In this document: positions 9,425-18,461 of the stretch, in pieces
Layout: every line of letters starts with the position of its first letter
Position numbering within the stretch: the stretch's first letter is position 1
Assembly: GCA_965237905.1 (NCBI GenBank)
Contig: OZ250172.1
Location: 2,461,805 to 2,525,804, forward strand
Source of the DNA: Nitrospinaceae bacterium
GTDB taxonomy: Bacteria; Nitrospinota; Nitrospinia; Nitrospinales; Nitrospinaceae
Length of the DNA: 64,000 nucleotides
Reading direction: 5' to 3'
Program-made: the position numbers and the translations under genes
Notes under the pieces: generated by a model
Told to the model about the DNA's origin: nothing
Seen by the model: only the letters and a program-made list of their open reading frames with translations
The model's database searches: none

Positions 9425-9778
9425 TTATTCGCCGAGGGACTGATGCAGATTGGAGCCGCGGGTGAGAATCCATTCGTTGAGGCGGATCACTTCATCCGGT
9501 TTCAGGAATTGTAACACGTCCTGCGGGGTGGGGTGGTCTTCGTCGTTGATCATGGTGCAGTAGTTGCGCTCGACGAACGCGGCGACGTGCTGTTTGTACT
9601 GGGGAAAGTTCGGGTACAGCTCGCAGAAGATTTCCGCCTGGTACTCCTGGCGGGTATTGTTAGGATCGTAGTGCCGCAGTTTCGGCGTCACTTTCGTCCC
9701 GAATGCCGCTTTGATCAATTCGCCCATGACATAAAACTCCGGAACACGAAGCATGGAATAGGGAACACGGAAAATCAA
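9425..9778 (-). CDS. Hypothetical protein (117 aa)
   Basis: Its RBS AAGGAGGGG is supplied by the palindromic repeat CCCCTCCTTGTTGAGGAGGGG immediately upstream. Confidence 0.5.
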   Translation of the reverse strand: MIFRVPYSMLRVPEFYVMGELIKAAFGTKVTPKLRHYDPNNTRQEYQAEIFCELYPNFPQYKQHVAAFVERNYCTMINDEDHPTPQDVLQFLKPDEVIRLNEWILTRGSNLHQSLGE

Positions 9779-10060
9779 AGTCTCCCCTCCTTGTTGAGGA
9801 GGGGCTGGGGGTGGTGCATAAATTCTTACTTTAACCCATTTATTTTATCAATGTCACCGCAGAGGACAAGAAAATTGTGCCGTTCTGGAGGGAACGCGAA
9901 GCGGGCGAAGGGTCCTGATCTGTCAAGTGCGTGTAAAATAAGAGGTCTTCGGCACCCTGCCGGTACATATTTTACGGGGAAGCGGACCATTTCGCGTTGA
10001 GACGCCACAATTCGGTAGGGAATTTCCATTACCCGGGATATCATGCGGTCTTTATTTTGA

Positions 10061-10190
10061 ACCACCGATGAAGCGGCGAGCCGCCGCTGGCAATTTGGGT
10101 CCAGCGTCACGCTGATCCCCCTCCTTACGAAGGAGGGGTTAGGGGTGGTTGATATCAACCCCTCCCCTTGAAAAGGGGAGGAGTATTTAG
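10061..10190. repeat. Cluster of palindromic repeats: GCGGCGAGCCGCCGC hairpin, GGGTCCAGCGTCACGCTG, CCCCTCCTTACGAAGGAGGGG, GGGGTGGTTGATATCAACCCC, CCCCTTGAAAAGGGGAGG
   Basis: Units of the same families recur at 7399, 9197, 9785, 12505, 23925, 28586, 30345, 41055, 48530, 50061, 50258 and 58168. Confidence 0.8.
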
Positions 10191-10233
10191 TTTTTATCCG
10201 TGTCCATCTGTGTTCATCTGTGGTTAATTTGAT

Positions 10234-11562
10234 TTGTATATGAAGAGAAATACGAAAACTTACCGGAAATACGCCGAGTCGTTGCTGGAGCTCATCGACG
10301 CCAGTCCCACGCCGTTTCACGCGACAAGCGAACTGGCCGCTCTCCTGAAAGCTGAAGGCTTTGCCGAGTTGCAGGAGGCGGACGCCTGGAGTCTGAAAAA
10401 GGGCGGGCGCTATTATGTGACGCGCAACGATTCGTCCCTGGTGGCGTTTGTGATGGGATCGAAGCCGGCGGAGTCGGCCGGATTCAAAATGATCGGCGCG
10501 CACACCGACAGCCCCAATCTGCGCCTCAAACCCAACCCGGCTTACGAAAAATCCGGCTATGTGCAGTTGGGTGTCGAAGTGTACGGCGGTGTGTTGTTGA
10601 CAACGTGGACCGATCGCGACCTGTCCCTCGCCGGGCGGGTGGTTTTGAAATCGAAGCCGGGCCAGCCGGTGTCGCGTCTCCTTAAAATTAACCGACCGTT
10701 GCTTCGCATTCCCCAGTTGGCCATTCATTTCAACCGCGAAGTCAACGACAAGGGACTCAAACTCAACAAGCAGACCCATCTGCCGCCGATTCTACAAATG
10801 GCGGAACAGGATCTTTCTTCCGAGAAAGTGTTGCAGGAGCTGGTGGCGCGCGAGTTGCCATGCCAGGCGGAGGAGATCGTCAGCCTCGATCTGGCATTGT
10901 ACGACGTGCAGGCCTCGACCTTTGCCGGTCCGAATGATGAGTTTGTGTTCGCCCCGCGCCTCGATAACCTGGCGTCCTGCCACGCGGCGACGGTGGCGTT
11001 ACTGGAGGCATCGAAGCAGGATGACGCCACCCGCGTGCTGGCGTTTTACGATCATGAAGAAGTCGGGAGCGAAACCGCGCAGGGCGGCGAGTCGCCGTTT
11101 TTGAAAGATGCATTGGAGCGGATGGTGATGGACTCCGGCAATCCGCGCGAGGCTCTCATGCGGGCGATTGCCCAATCGATTTTCATTTCCGCCGACATGG
11201 CGCACGCCGTGCACCCCAACTATGCCGATAAGCACGAGGATCGGCACCTGCCGCTCATCAACGCGGGGCCGGTGATCAAAACCAACGCCGGGCAGAGGTA
11301 TGCCACCGAGGGCGTATCGAGCGCGCATTTCGAATTGATGAGCCAGCGCGCCGGGGTGAACGTGCAGAAGTTCGTGGTACGGTCCGACATGGGATGCGGG
11401 ACCACGATCGGCCCTCTCACCGCCGCCAACCTCGGCATCCGCACCGTCGACGTGGGCAATCCCATGCTCTCCATGCACTCGATCCGCGAGATGGCCGGGT
11501 CGCAGGACCACGGCGACATGATTCAGGTCTTCAAGGAATATTTTAATGCGGAGAAGGCTTAG
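10234..11562 (+). CDS. M18 family aminopeptidase (aspartyl aminopeptidase-like); probable ATG at 10240
   Basis: GAHTDSPNLRLKP and the downstream metal-binding blocks are typical of peptidase M18. Confidence 0.85.
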   Translation: MYMKRNTKTYRKYAESLLELIDASPTPFHATSELAALLKAEGFAELQEADAWSLKKGGRYYVTRNDSSLVAFVMGSKPAESAGFKMIGAHTDSPNLRLKPNPAYEKSGYVQLGVEVYGGVLLTTWTDRDLSLAGRVVLKSKPGQPVSRLLKINRPLLRIPQLAIHFNREVNDKGLKLNKQTHLPPILQMAEQDLSSEKVLQELVARELPCQAEEIVSLDLALYDVQASTFAGPNDEFVFAPRLDNLASCHAATVALLEASKQDDATRVLAFYDHEEVGSETAQGGESPFLKDALERMVMDSGNPREALMRAIAQSIFISADMAHAVHPNYADKHEDRHLPLINAGPVIKTNAGQRYATEGVSSAHFELMSQRAGVNVQKFVVRSDMGCGTTIGPLTAANLGIRTVDVGNPMLSMHSIREMAGSQDHGDMIQVFKEYFNAEKA

Positions 11563-11828
11563 GCGTTCTGCTTGATCGTTTCCACGATTTTACCTTTGAG
11601 GGCGCCCCAGGTGGCTTCATCATCCTTCGTCACCTGCACTTCATTGCCGAGGACCCAGATACTCTTGACTCCCTTGATTTCAAACAGAGCTTTGGCGAGG
11701 GGATTGCTTTGCGCCGATTCGCGGTTGGAGTAGGGATTGCCGGTTCCCGGCGGGATGAGAGTTTTGTCTAATATGAACGCAACGGAATTTTCATTGCGCA
11801 TGGGTTCCACGGTGACTTGAACGGGCAT
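11559..11828 (-). CDS. Small Nfu/NifU N-terminal-domain-like protein (tentative)
   Basis: 89 aa. The pattern ...PLAKALFEIKGVKSIWVLGNEVQVTK...W..L resembles Nfu_N. Weak call from memory. Confidence 0.4.
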   Translation of the reverse strand: MPVQVTVEPMRNENSVAFILDKTLIPPGTGNPYSNRESAQSNPLAKALFEIKGVKSIWVLGNEVQVTKDDEATWGALKGKIVETIKQNA

Positions 11829-11867
11829 AAGGTTTCCTCTTCCAAAAAATTGTTGCCTGACGTTTGA

Positions 11868-12488
11868 TTAATTATCTTTGTACCCGAATTTTTTCCGGGC
11901 CTCTTCCAGAGTTTTGCGGGTGGCCGCCGCCGCTTCCGGCATCTTCTGCGCTTCAAATAAATCTACGGCCTTTTGCAGATTCATGATCACCAGCATTTTG
12001 AACTGCGGCCCCTTCGAGTAATTCAGATATGCCCATCCCAGGTTGCCGTGCGCCTCGGCGTTGTCTTGCGTGCGATGCACCACCCGGTTGAGATGGTCGA
12101 TGGCTTTCCCCCAGCGCTCCATCCGGTTGTAGACGTTGCCGAGATTGAGCCGGATATTCATATTATCGGGCTCCAGCCGAAGCGCGCCTTCGAATGCCGC
12201 CGCGGCACGTTCGTTTTGCTTCAAATGTTTGTAGGCCAGCCCCAGGTTGTAAAATGGCCCCGTGGCGTCGGGATTAATCTGGATGGCCTGATGGTACGCC
12301 TCCACCGCCTGCTCGTACTGTCCCTGCTGGCTGAGCTTATTTCCCTTGAGATACCAGTCCAATGCCTCGTCCGCCCACAGGGTAGGAACGAAGACCAGTA
12401 GGACCACAAACGATAGGGTAATCAGAAACCTCACGGCGGCCTCGTTGGGATGACGGTTTTTCAAGAAGAAGAATTTTATACCATCCAC
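11868..12488 (-). CDS. TPR repeat protein, secreted or membrane-anchored
   Basis: N-terminal hydrophobic segment followed by several 34-aa TPR units. Confidence 0.75.
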   Translation of the reverse strand: MDGIKFFFLKNRHPNEAAVRFLITLSFVVLLVFVPTLWADEALDWYLKGNKLSQQGQYEQAVEAYHQAIQINPDATGPFYNLGLAYKHLKQNERAAAAFEGALRLEPDNMNIRLNLGNVYNRMERWGKAIDHLNRVVHRTQDNAEAHGNLGWAYLNYSKGPQFKMLVIMNLQKAVDLFEAQKMPEAAAATRKTLEEARKKFGYKDN

Positions 12489-12608
12489 TCACCCTTGGCA
12501 AGCCTCCTGCCCGGAGGGGGAAGGTTAAATCGGTGTCATACTGAGCTTGTCGAAGTATGGCACCGTGTCGCCCTTCGACAGGCTCAGGGCGACACGGTTA
12601 CGCCTTTG

Positions 12609-13394
12609 CTAATTTTCCTCCGGGCGTGGCCCGGCCCAGTAGCGGCCGTTGTTTTTATGGAGCGTCAAGGGATGCCCCAGCGCCTGCGACAGGATTTTAT
12701 CTTGAAGCATGGAGTCCTTGTTTCCCTGACGGAAGATTGTTCCGTCTTTGAGGTAGAGGACGTGGGTGATGGCGGGGAGGATTTCTTCGATATGATGCGT
12801 GACGTAAATCATCTGGGTTTTTCGGGAGAGCTTCTGCAGGGTTTCGAGGAAGCGCTCGCGCGTGGGGATATCAAGTCCGGCGCAGGGTTCGTCGAGGACC
12901 AGCAGGGTGGGGCGGTGGACCAGCGCCCGCGCCAGCAGAACCCGCCGGGCTTCACCGTAGGACATACTGCGGAACCGTTTTTGGCCCAGGTTCTCGATTT
13001 CCAGAAGATGCATACACTCTTCGGCCCGCTGTTTCTGCCGGGCGTTGACTTTCTGCCAGAGCCCGATACTGGCGAAGAAGCCCGATTCCACCACTTCCAG
13101 ACCGGTTACATTCCGGTCGTAGTTTTCCTGGTATTCGGCGGAGACGTAACCGACCTGATCGCGGATGTCTGCCAGTCCGTTCCAGGTTCGGCTGTTGAAC
13201 CAGTGTACCGTACCACCGTCGACGGGCAGTAGTTCGCCGAAGATGAGTTTCAACAGAGTGGTTTTGCCGGAACCGTTGTTGCCGACCAGCGCCCAGTGTT
13301 CGCCGGGGTGGACGGTCCAGTCGATAGACTTCAGGACGGGCGTGTCTTTCAAATAAACAGTGGCATTTTTGATCTGAACCAGAAAAGCGCTCAT
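12609..13394 (-). CDS. ABC transporter ATP-binding protein (orphan ATPase)
   Basis: Walker A GNNGSGKTTLLK, signature LSYGEARR, Walker B LLVLDEP. Confidence 0.85.
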   Translation of the reverse strand: MSAFLVQIKNATVYLKDTPVLKSIDWTVHPGEHWALVGNNGSGKTTLLKLIFGELLPVDGGTVHWFNSRTWNGLADIRDQVGYVSAEYQENYDRNVTGLEVVESGFFASIGLWQKVNARQKQRAEECMHLLEIENLGQKRFRSMSYGEARRVLLARALVHRPTLLVLDEPCAGLDIPTRERFLETLQKLSRKTQMIYVTHHIEEILPAITHVLYLKDGTIFRQGNKDSMLQDKILSQALGHPLTLHKNNGRYWAGPRPEEN

Positions 13395-13416
13395 GGCTTT
13401 GTCCTGTGACGGCGGA

Positions 13417-14082
13417 TCAAATGATGTGTTGCCAGGTGCCGTTCAGCAGTTCCACCATCACTTGGTCTTCATAAAACTGGATGATGTTGACGGCGGCAAA
13501 GTGCTGGCTGATGCGGAACAAATTGGCGATGGGAAACCCGAGCAGGTGGGCCAAGATGGCCCGGTTGACCCCTCCGTGGCACACGAAGGCGATGGCGTCG
13601 TTGGGGTGACTGGCGGTGATCTCCAGGAATTTTGGGATCACCCGGTCATTCAGTTCCTGAAAGGTTTCCCCGCCATCGGCGCGGAACAACTCGGTTTGCT
13701 TGAGACGTTTGTTCATCTCGCCGGGAAATTTTTCACTGAGTTCGGTCAGGCTTTTGCCCTCCCATTCGCCGAAGGACAATTCGCGCAGTTCGGGAAAGGC
13801 CACGGGGTCCAATCCATGATGTTCGGCGATCAGGCGGGCTCCCTGGAAAGTCCGCTGGAGGTCGCTGGAGTAGACGGCGCGGATGGGTTGGTCTTGAAGC
13901 GCTTTGGCCAATTGACCCGATTGTTCCAGGCCGGTGTCCGACAAGGCGACGTCGAAGTGACCGTTCATGCAGATTTGATGAGCATTGGCGGTCTCGCCGT
14001 GGCGGAACAAGTAGACGCGGCATCCGGGGGTTCCCTTGAAAGCGCGGGACTGGGCATCAGAAGGTATAGTAGTGGCAGACAC
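13417..14082 (-). CDS. Histidine phosphatase (phosphoglycerate mutase) family protein
   Basis: RHGET motif near the N-terminus and the overall length. Confidence 0.7.
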   Translation of the reverse strand: MSATTIPSDAQSRAFKGTPGCRVYLFRHGETANAHQICMNGHFDVALSDTGLEQSGQLAKALQDQPIRAVYSSDLQRTFQGARLIAEHHGLDPVAFPELRELSFGEWEGKSLTELSEKFPGEMNKRLKQTELFRADGGETFQELNDRVIPKFLEITASHPNDAIAFVCHGGVNRAILAHLLGFPIANLFRISQHFAAVNIIQFYEDQVMVELLNGTWQHII

Positions 14083-14169
14083 GAGGCCCTTTAGAAGACA
14101 TTAAAAAAGATGGCAAGCTCAAAGGCTTGCCATCTTTTAAAAGCCAGTCATGAAAAAGGTCAAACCCGA

Positions 14170-14352
14170 TTAATGGCCTCCGCCGGCGCCGGCGCCGGTG
14201 GTCCACAGGTAGAAGAAATCCAATCCCTGAACAACCATGAGAGCCCAGTCAATCAAAAGAAAATAACCGAACATAAAGAACAGCGCGATGATGAAATGGG
14301 TAATGGATTTTGCGGTTATAAATGGTCTAGTTTCATCTTGAATTTCAGGCAT
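14170..14352 (-). CDS. Small membrane protein (60 aa)
   Basis: Hydrophobic core with the RBS gaggggag upstream. The plus-strand ORF 14110..14382 is its antisense. Confidence 0.5.
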   Translation of the reverse strand: MPEIQDETRPFITAKSITHFIIALFFMFGYFLLIDWALMVVQGLDFFYLWTTGAGAGGGH

Positions 14353-14401
14353 GGAATTTCAATCTCCCCTCTCTTAGGTTGAAAATTTTGGAGCGGACCC
14401 C

Positions 14402-14506
14402 TTATCGCCAGACGGATGCGAACCAGTAGAAGAACCAAAGACATAAGATTACGGTCGCAAGATAAATCCAAGGTCCGGATTTTTCTTTAAGTTTTTGTAA
14501 ATCCAT
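14402..14506 (-). CDS. Small membrane protein (34 aa, MDLQKLKEKSGPWIYLATVILCLWFFYWFASVWR)
   Basis: Found by my own translation; single TM. It is not in the ORF track (under 60 aa). Confidence 0.4.
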   Translation of the reverse strand: MDLQKLKEKSGPWIYLATVILCLWFFYWFASVWR

Positions 14507-14615
14507 CGGGGTTTCCTTTTCTAATTGTTTGAGTGAGTAAAATGTTTTACCCTTGACAGTATAAAAGACGGGATGCTAACTTAACTTTCCCGTTTGCTAA
14601 TTTATCGAGGACCCA

Positions 14616-14723
14616 ATGGCCAGTAAAGACGGTAAAATTTTCGATACGATTGTTTTGATCGGTTTGGGGGTCAATGTGCTGACCGCCGCCTATCTGTTAC
14701 TGATGTACTTTGATGTCATTTAA
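14616..14723 (+). CDS. Small membrane protein (35 aa, MASKDGKIFDTIVLIGLGVNVLTAAYLLLMYFDVI)
   Basis: Found by my own translation. RBS gagga 6 nt upstream; single TM. Confidence 0.45.
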   Translation: MASKDGKIFDTIVLIGLGVNVLTAAYLLLMYFDVI

Positions 14724-14833
14724 ACGGGCACAATTTACCATATTGTCTATTTAAGTCAAGGGTAAAAAATCCTCCTTTTGCCCGAAAAATCCCTGAAACT
14801 CCCTAGGTTATAAGCCTTTTCCGGATTGCCTGT

Positions 14834-15553
14834 TTACCCTGTAGCGGCCTTCAGCGGGTATATGACGTACAGCATGAGATATGTGGCGGTACTGGTACAC
14901 AGGATCAGGGCGAACAGGATCATCGTTCCCCGGCCCAGAATACGGTGCCGCCGGGCCCCGTCTGGGAGCCATTTTTCGATCAATTTTTCCAGTCCGACGA
15001 CCAATGCAATGGTCGCAAATATAAGAAAGTAGGCCAGTTGTGCTTTTCCCGACCTATCCGTGAACAGGCAAAACACCTCCATCAGAGCCCACAATCCCAA
15101 AATCCACAGCCAGATCCGGACGAATTTTTTGGGATCGGCCTTCAGTTCTCCGGGCCTGAGCACATAATCGCGGTTGACCCTGTCGCAAGCCCGGTATCCT
15201 TCCACAATCATGTAAGGCGCAAAAATGAGGCCAAGGGTGACGAGGATGAGATGAGTGGTGAGAACGGGGAGGAAAATCGAGCCGTAAACTTCCGGGGGGC
15301 CGCCGAACCCTTCTTTCCCCTCCGCCGATAGGACCCCGAGGCCTTTGGCGTAATAATACGCCACAAAATAGGTCACCAAAGAGACCATGGAGATAAGGGC
15401 GAGTTTGTGGTGGCGAGTGCCCTGTCCCTTTTTCGCCATCCACCAGGCGACGAGAAAGAGGACGGTAAAGACCACGGCGAGGAGGTAACTCAGGTCCGCC
15501 CCCATGGTTCCAGATGGGACCATAAACCCCGGCTTTTTTAAAAATTCCTGCAT
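14834..15553 (-). CDS. Polytopic membrane protein, unknown function
   Basis: About 6 TM helices, no catalytic motif recognised. Confidence 0.6.
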   Translation of the reverse strand: MQEFLKKPGFMVPSGTMGADLSYLLAVVFTVLFLVAWWMAKKGQGTRHHKLALISMVSLVTYFVAYYYAKGLGVLSAEGKEGFGGPPEVYGSIFLPVLTTHLILVTLGLIFAPYMIVEGYRACDRVNRDYVLRPGELKADPKKFVRIWLWILGLWALMEVFCLFTDRSGKAQLAYFLIFATIALVVGLEKLIEKWLPDGARRHRILGRGTMILFALILCTSTATYLMLYVIYPLKAATG

Positions 15554-15584
15554 GATGGGTCAACCCAGTTGGAGGAAAGGCAGC

Positions 15585-15764
15585 TCAGGTCTGGCTTTTG
15601 CCCAGGATTAGGGTGCCACCGTAAAAGAAAGAGGCGCCGGCCACGCTACCCCAAAGTAAGGGCTCCATTCCCATTTGAGTGAAAAACATCAGGACCACGT
15701 AGGTCAACGCTCCCAGACCTACGATTTGCATGGCTCTTCCCAGAAAGTATCTGAACGGATTCAT
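15585..15764 (-). CDS. Small membrane protein (59 aa, MNPFRYFLGRAMQIVGLGALTYVVLMFF...)
   Basis: Found by my own translation. Two hydrophobic segments; weak RBS. Confidence 0.35.
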   Translation of the reverse strand: MNPFRYFLGRAMQIVGLGALTYVVLMFFTQMGMEPLLWGSVAGASFFYGGTLILGKSQT

Positions 15765-15780
15765 AGTTTAACCAATGGAT

Positions 15781-16356
15781 TTATTTGCCCCGGACTTTCT
15801 TGTTGGCTTCAATCAAGATTGTAATATGGTCCCGGCAGAATTCCTGGATTTTCTCCCTGACCATGAGTAGGGCGATTTTACCGGGGGTTGTGAACCCGCC
15901 GGGGATGTCGGGCAGGGATTCTTTGGCAGAACCCTCTTCAAGGTCTTTGCACCGTTTCAAAATTTCCTTATCATCATAAAGGTCTTCCAGCGGATAACTG
16001 TAATGGAGTTTGACGTATTCCCTTTCCTTCTCTGTTTCCTTTTTGGAATCCCAGATGATATTTTCTCTTTCAATCGAAGTCGGCTTTTTCTTTTGAGCGT
16101 TGATGACTTTTTTGATTGCCTGAAAGTAGGTCTGCATCTCCTTTTCTGAGGAGAGCTCATCTTGAGGGATTTTGGAGCTGATTTCAAATTCCAGGCTGTT
16201 GTCGTGCAACACCGGTCGGCTGATCTCGTAGGTGATGTCGTTTTGGTTGAACCGCCGTCCCTTTTTGGGTTTGTATTTGCTTTGCATCTCTTCGATCAAT
16301 TGACTCAAACCCTCGCCTGCGTATTGATTGAACAAAATTCCTTTTAAACTCGCCAT
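15781..16356 (-). CDS. Hypothetical protein (191 aa, Lys/Glu-rich), low-GC gene
   Basis: No recognisable domain. Local GC is about 42%. Confidence 0.5.
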   Translation of the reverse strand: MASLKGILFNQYAGEGLSQLIEEMQSKYKPKKGRRFNQNDITYEISRPVLHDNSLEFEISSKIPQDELSSEKEMQTYFQAIKKVINAQKKKPTSIERENIIWDSKKETEKEREYVKLHYSYPLEDLYDDKEILKRCKDLEEGSAKESLPDIPGGFTTPGKIALLMVREKIQEFCRDHITILIEANKKVRGK

Positions 16357-16565
16357 AAAAATTGCTCCTGAATGTGCTTTCGGTTGTACTGAAAATGGAT
16401 ATTGAAAAAGTGGTCCAATAGGAACTCACTCCAGATGGCCTGTCCGTTAAAGAGATAAAATTTACCATACCCGCTTTGAAGGTTCACCTTTTGTTTTCAG
16501 GCGGGGCCGGGTGGGTGAAGAGGATGGCCCGCGCGCGGGCCCGGAACGGAATGCAGAAAAATCTG

Positions 16566-17366
16566 CTAAGAGTCTGAAATACTAGGGTTTGCAGCGACTG
16601 TGGTGGAGGTAAACGAGCCGCTGTTGTCCTTCAGGAAACTTTTGGTTCCCTCGTCCTGGTACACATATTTCATCTGGATACACCCCGGCTGTTTGTCCGT
16701 GCAATAGAAACTCAGAAACTGAATCTTGGCGAACTTTCCGTCGGAAGTGCGCATGACATAGACATTCTTGCGTGCGGTCAGTTTGTGGGAGATGTAATTG
16801 TACTTGTACCATTGCACCAGAACAGGGTTCTCTGTTTGAGTGCGTGTCGATTTATCCGGAATAAAATCTTTTAAAGGAACGTTTTCGACGGCGTCGAAAG
16901 AGACCTCACCCAGATTGATCAGGCCCGCCTTGCCGAACTTGTTGGTGGCGCCGCCGTTGGTGATGATTTTCCCCCGGCGGAAGGCCAAGTCCCACTCCAG
17001 TGAAGAGGTATCGTGGATTTTAACCTGCTCACCCCGCGAGAAATCAAAATAGGTCCATTGCTCTTCGTTGGTGGCGTCGATCACGATACTTTGCGCCGGG
17101 AGCAGGTTGGGGTTCACTGAGGCAACCGGTTGGGCTCCGCCTAAAATCCGGGACGGTCCGCCTGTTCCCCTTTCTTTCATGCTGGGGGAATCCAGAAAAC
17201 CGCCCATTTGGTATACCTTCACAGGAAGCCAGTACACTCCAATCAGCAGAATCGTGATGCAGAGGTTCAGGATGAAAAGATTTTTCCACAACTTTCTTTT
17301 CTTCTGTTCCTCCGGACTCAGCTGGGGAGGGGAGTCTTTTGAGCTGGAATCAAAACTATCGTTCAT
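16566..17366 (-). CDS. Membrane-anchored hypothetical protein, possibly HmuY-like beta-rich domain (tentative)
   Basis: N-terminal TM. The motif EWDLAFRRGKIITNGG is reminiscent of the HmuY family; this is from memory and weak. Confidence 0.45.
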   Translation of the reverse strand: MNDSFDSSSKDSPPQLSPEEQKKRKLWKNLFILNLCITILLIGVYWLPVKVYQMGGFLDSPSMKERGTGGPSRILGGAQPVASVNPNLLPAQSIVIDATNEEQWTYFDFSRGEQVKIHDTSSLEWDLAFRRGKIITNGGATNKFGKAGLINLGEVSFDAVENVPLKDFIPDKSTRTQTENPVLVQWYKYNYISHKLTARKNVYVMRTSDGKFAKIQFLSFYCTDKQPGCIQMKYVYQDEGTKSFLKDNSGSFTSTTVAANPSISDS

Positions 17367-17387
17367 GGGTCTCGTGACGTGAAAGGT

Positions 17388-18299
17388 TTACTTAGATTCT
17401 GCCATATTGCGAAAATCCTTCAAGACTTTTTTGATGGCCTCGCGGGAATAATTTTGTTTGTCCAACCACCGGTTTTGGGCCGAAAAGACATTGGCGAGTG
17501 ACGCGGATTGAGACCCGACGAAGCGAGCCCCCCAAATGGCTTCGCCAGTCTGGGTGCTGATCAGATAAACGCTGAACTCCACAGCGGCGCCGTCACTGGT
17601 ATCGGGTCGGCCCGCACGGTTTTTATATACATTAGTATAACGGGTTACAGTGCCGATGAGGACCGCGTCAAACTTGTCCTTGGAATAAGGTAAATCGTAA
17701 CCCGGTTCCGAAGCGGGTGGTCCCACAGGGGCGGGGCTCTCCCCTGAATCGGGCGCCTGGTCCGGCGTGGTCACTATCTTCAATTGAAATTCCTCCAACA
17801 TCCGGGTCGGCGGAATGACCGACAGTTTCTTCACCGTCTCCAGTTCCGTCGAAACCTGGTTGGCGACCAGATGTCCCGCATTCTCATCCGCCCCCAATCC
17901 GCTGGTTTTATTTTCGAAAAAGACCACCCCAATCCGCTTGGCCTGCTTGAAGGCCTGGGGATCAAACACTTTGCTTTGCACTTGGTCCTTCGGATCGGTT
18001 TGCAGGAGCTGATAATAATATTTCGGGAACCGGCCCTCTTTCGGAAATTTGTTCAGATATTCCGGGATGGGATGCGGTTCGTTGATTGCGTCGGTCAGGT
18101 TCGGGTTATGACTGCGGTATTCATTCGGCGCAATTTTGTTCAAAGGGTGCGCGTTCAGCGACGGATCCGGGTTTTGCTGAGGCAGTGGAAACGCGTCATC
18201 CGTGTCAATGGCCCAAGCCGGCCCGGCGGCAAAAACAAGACCCGCTACGCTAATCATGTATAATAATCCACTGATAAAGACGCGTTGTCCGGAAGTCAC
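17388..18299 (-). CDS. Secreted or lipoprotein hypothetical, LpoB/CsgG-like C-terminal region (tentative)
   Basis: Signal peptide, Pro-rich linker, and the motifs GVVFFENKT and VEFSVYLISTQTGEAIW, which resemble the LpoB/COG3417 fold. Confidence 0.45.
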   Translation of the reverse strand: MTSGQRVFISGLLYMISVAGLVFAAGPAWAIDTDDAFPLPQQNPDPSLNAHPLNKIAPNEYRSHNPNLTDAINEPHPIPEYLNKFPKEGRFPKYYYQLLQTDPKDQVQSKVFDPQAFKQAKRIGVVFFENKTSGLGADENAGHLVANQVSTELETVKKLSVIPPTRMLEEFQLKIVTTPDQAPDSGESPAPVGPPASEPGYDLPYSKDKFDAVLIGTVTRYTNVYKNRAGRPDTSDGAAVEFSVYLISTQTGEAIWGARFVGSQSASLANVFSAQNRWLDKQNYSREAIKKVLKDFRNMAESK

Positions 18300-18461
18300 G
18301 GTGTCACCTTCAAACCGGGTGATTCGGAAGAAAATAAATTGTTCCCTTGATTTTCAATATATCACAGAGGCAAGCGAAAACAACTGTAATTGAACCCATC
18401 GGCTCCTCTTTCCAGATCAGGGTGCAAGAGGTCCTTTCGATCATATCCACGATAGTCTCTA

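Noticed and set aside
9826-10779. 317-aa minus-strand ORF
   Set aside because: It runs antisense through the M18 aminopeptidase start and across the palindromic-repeat cluster, with low-complexity composition.
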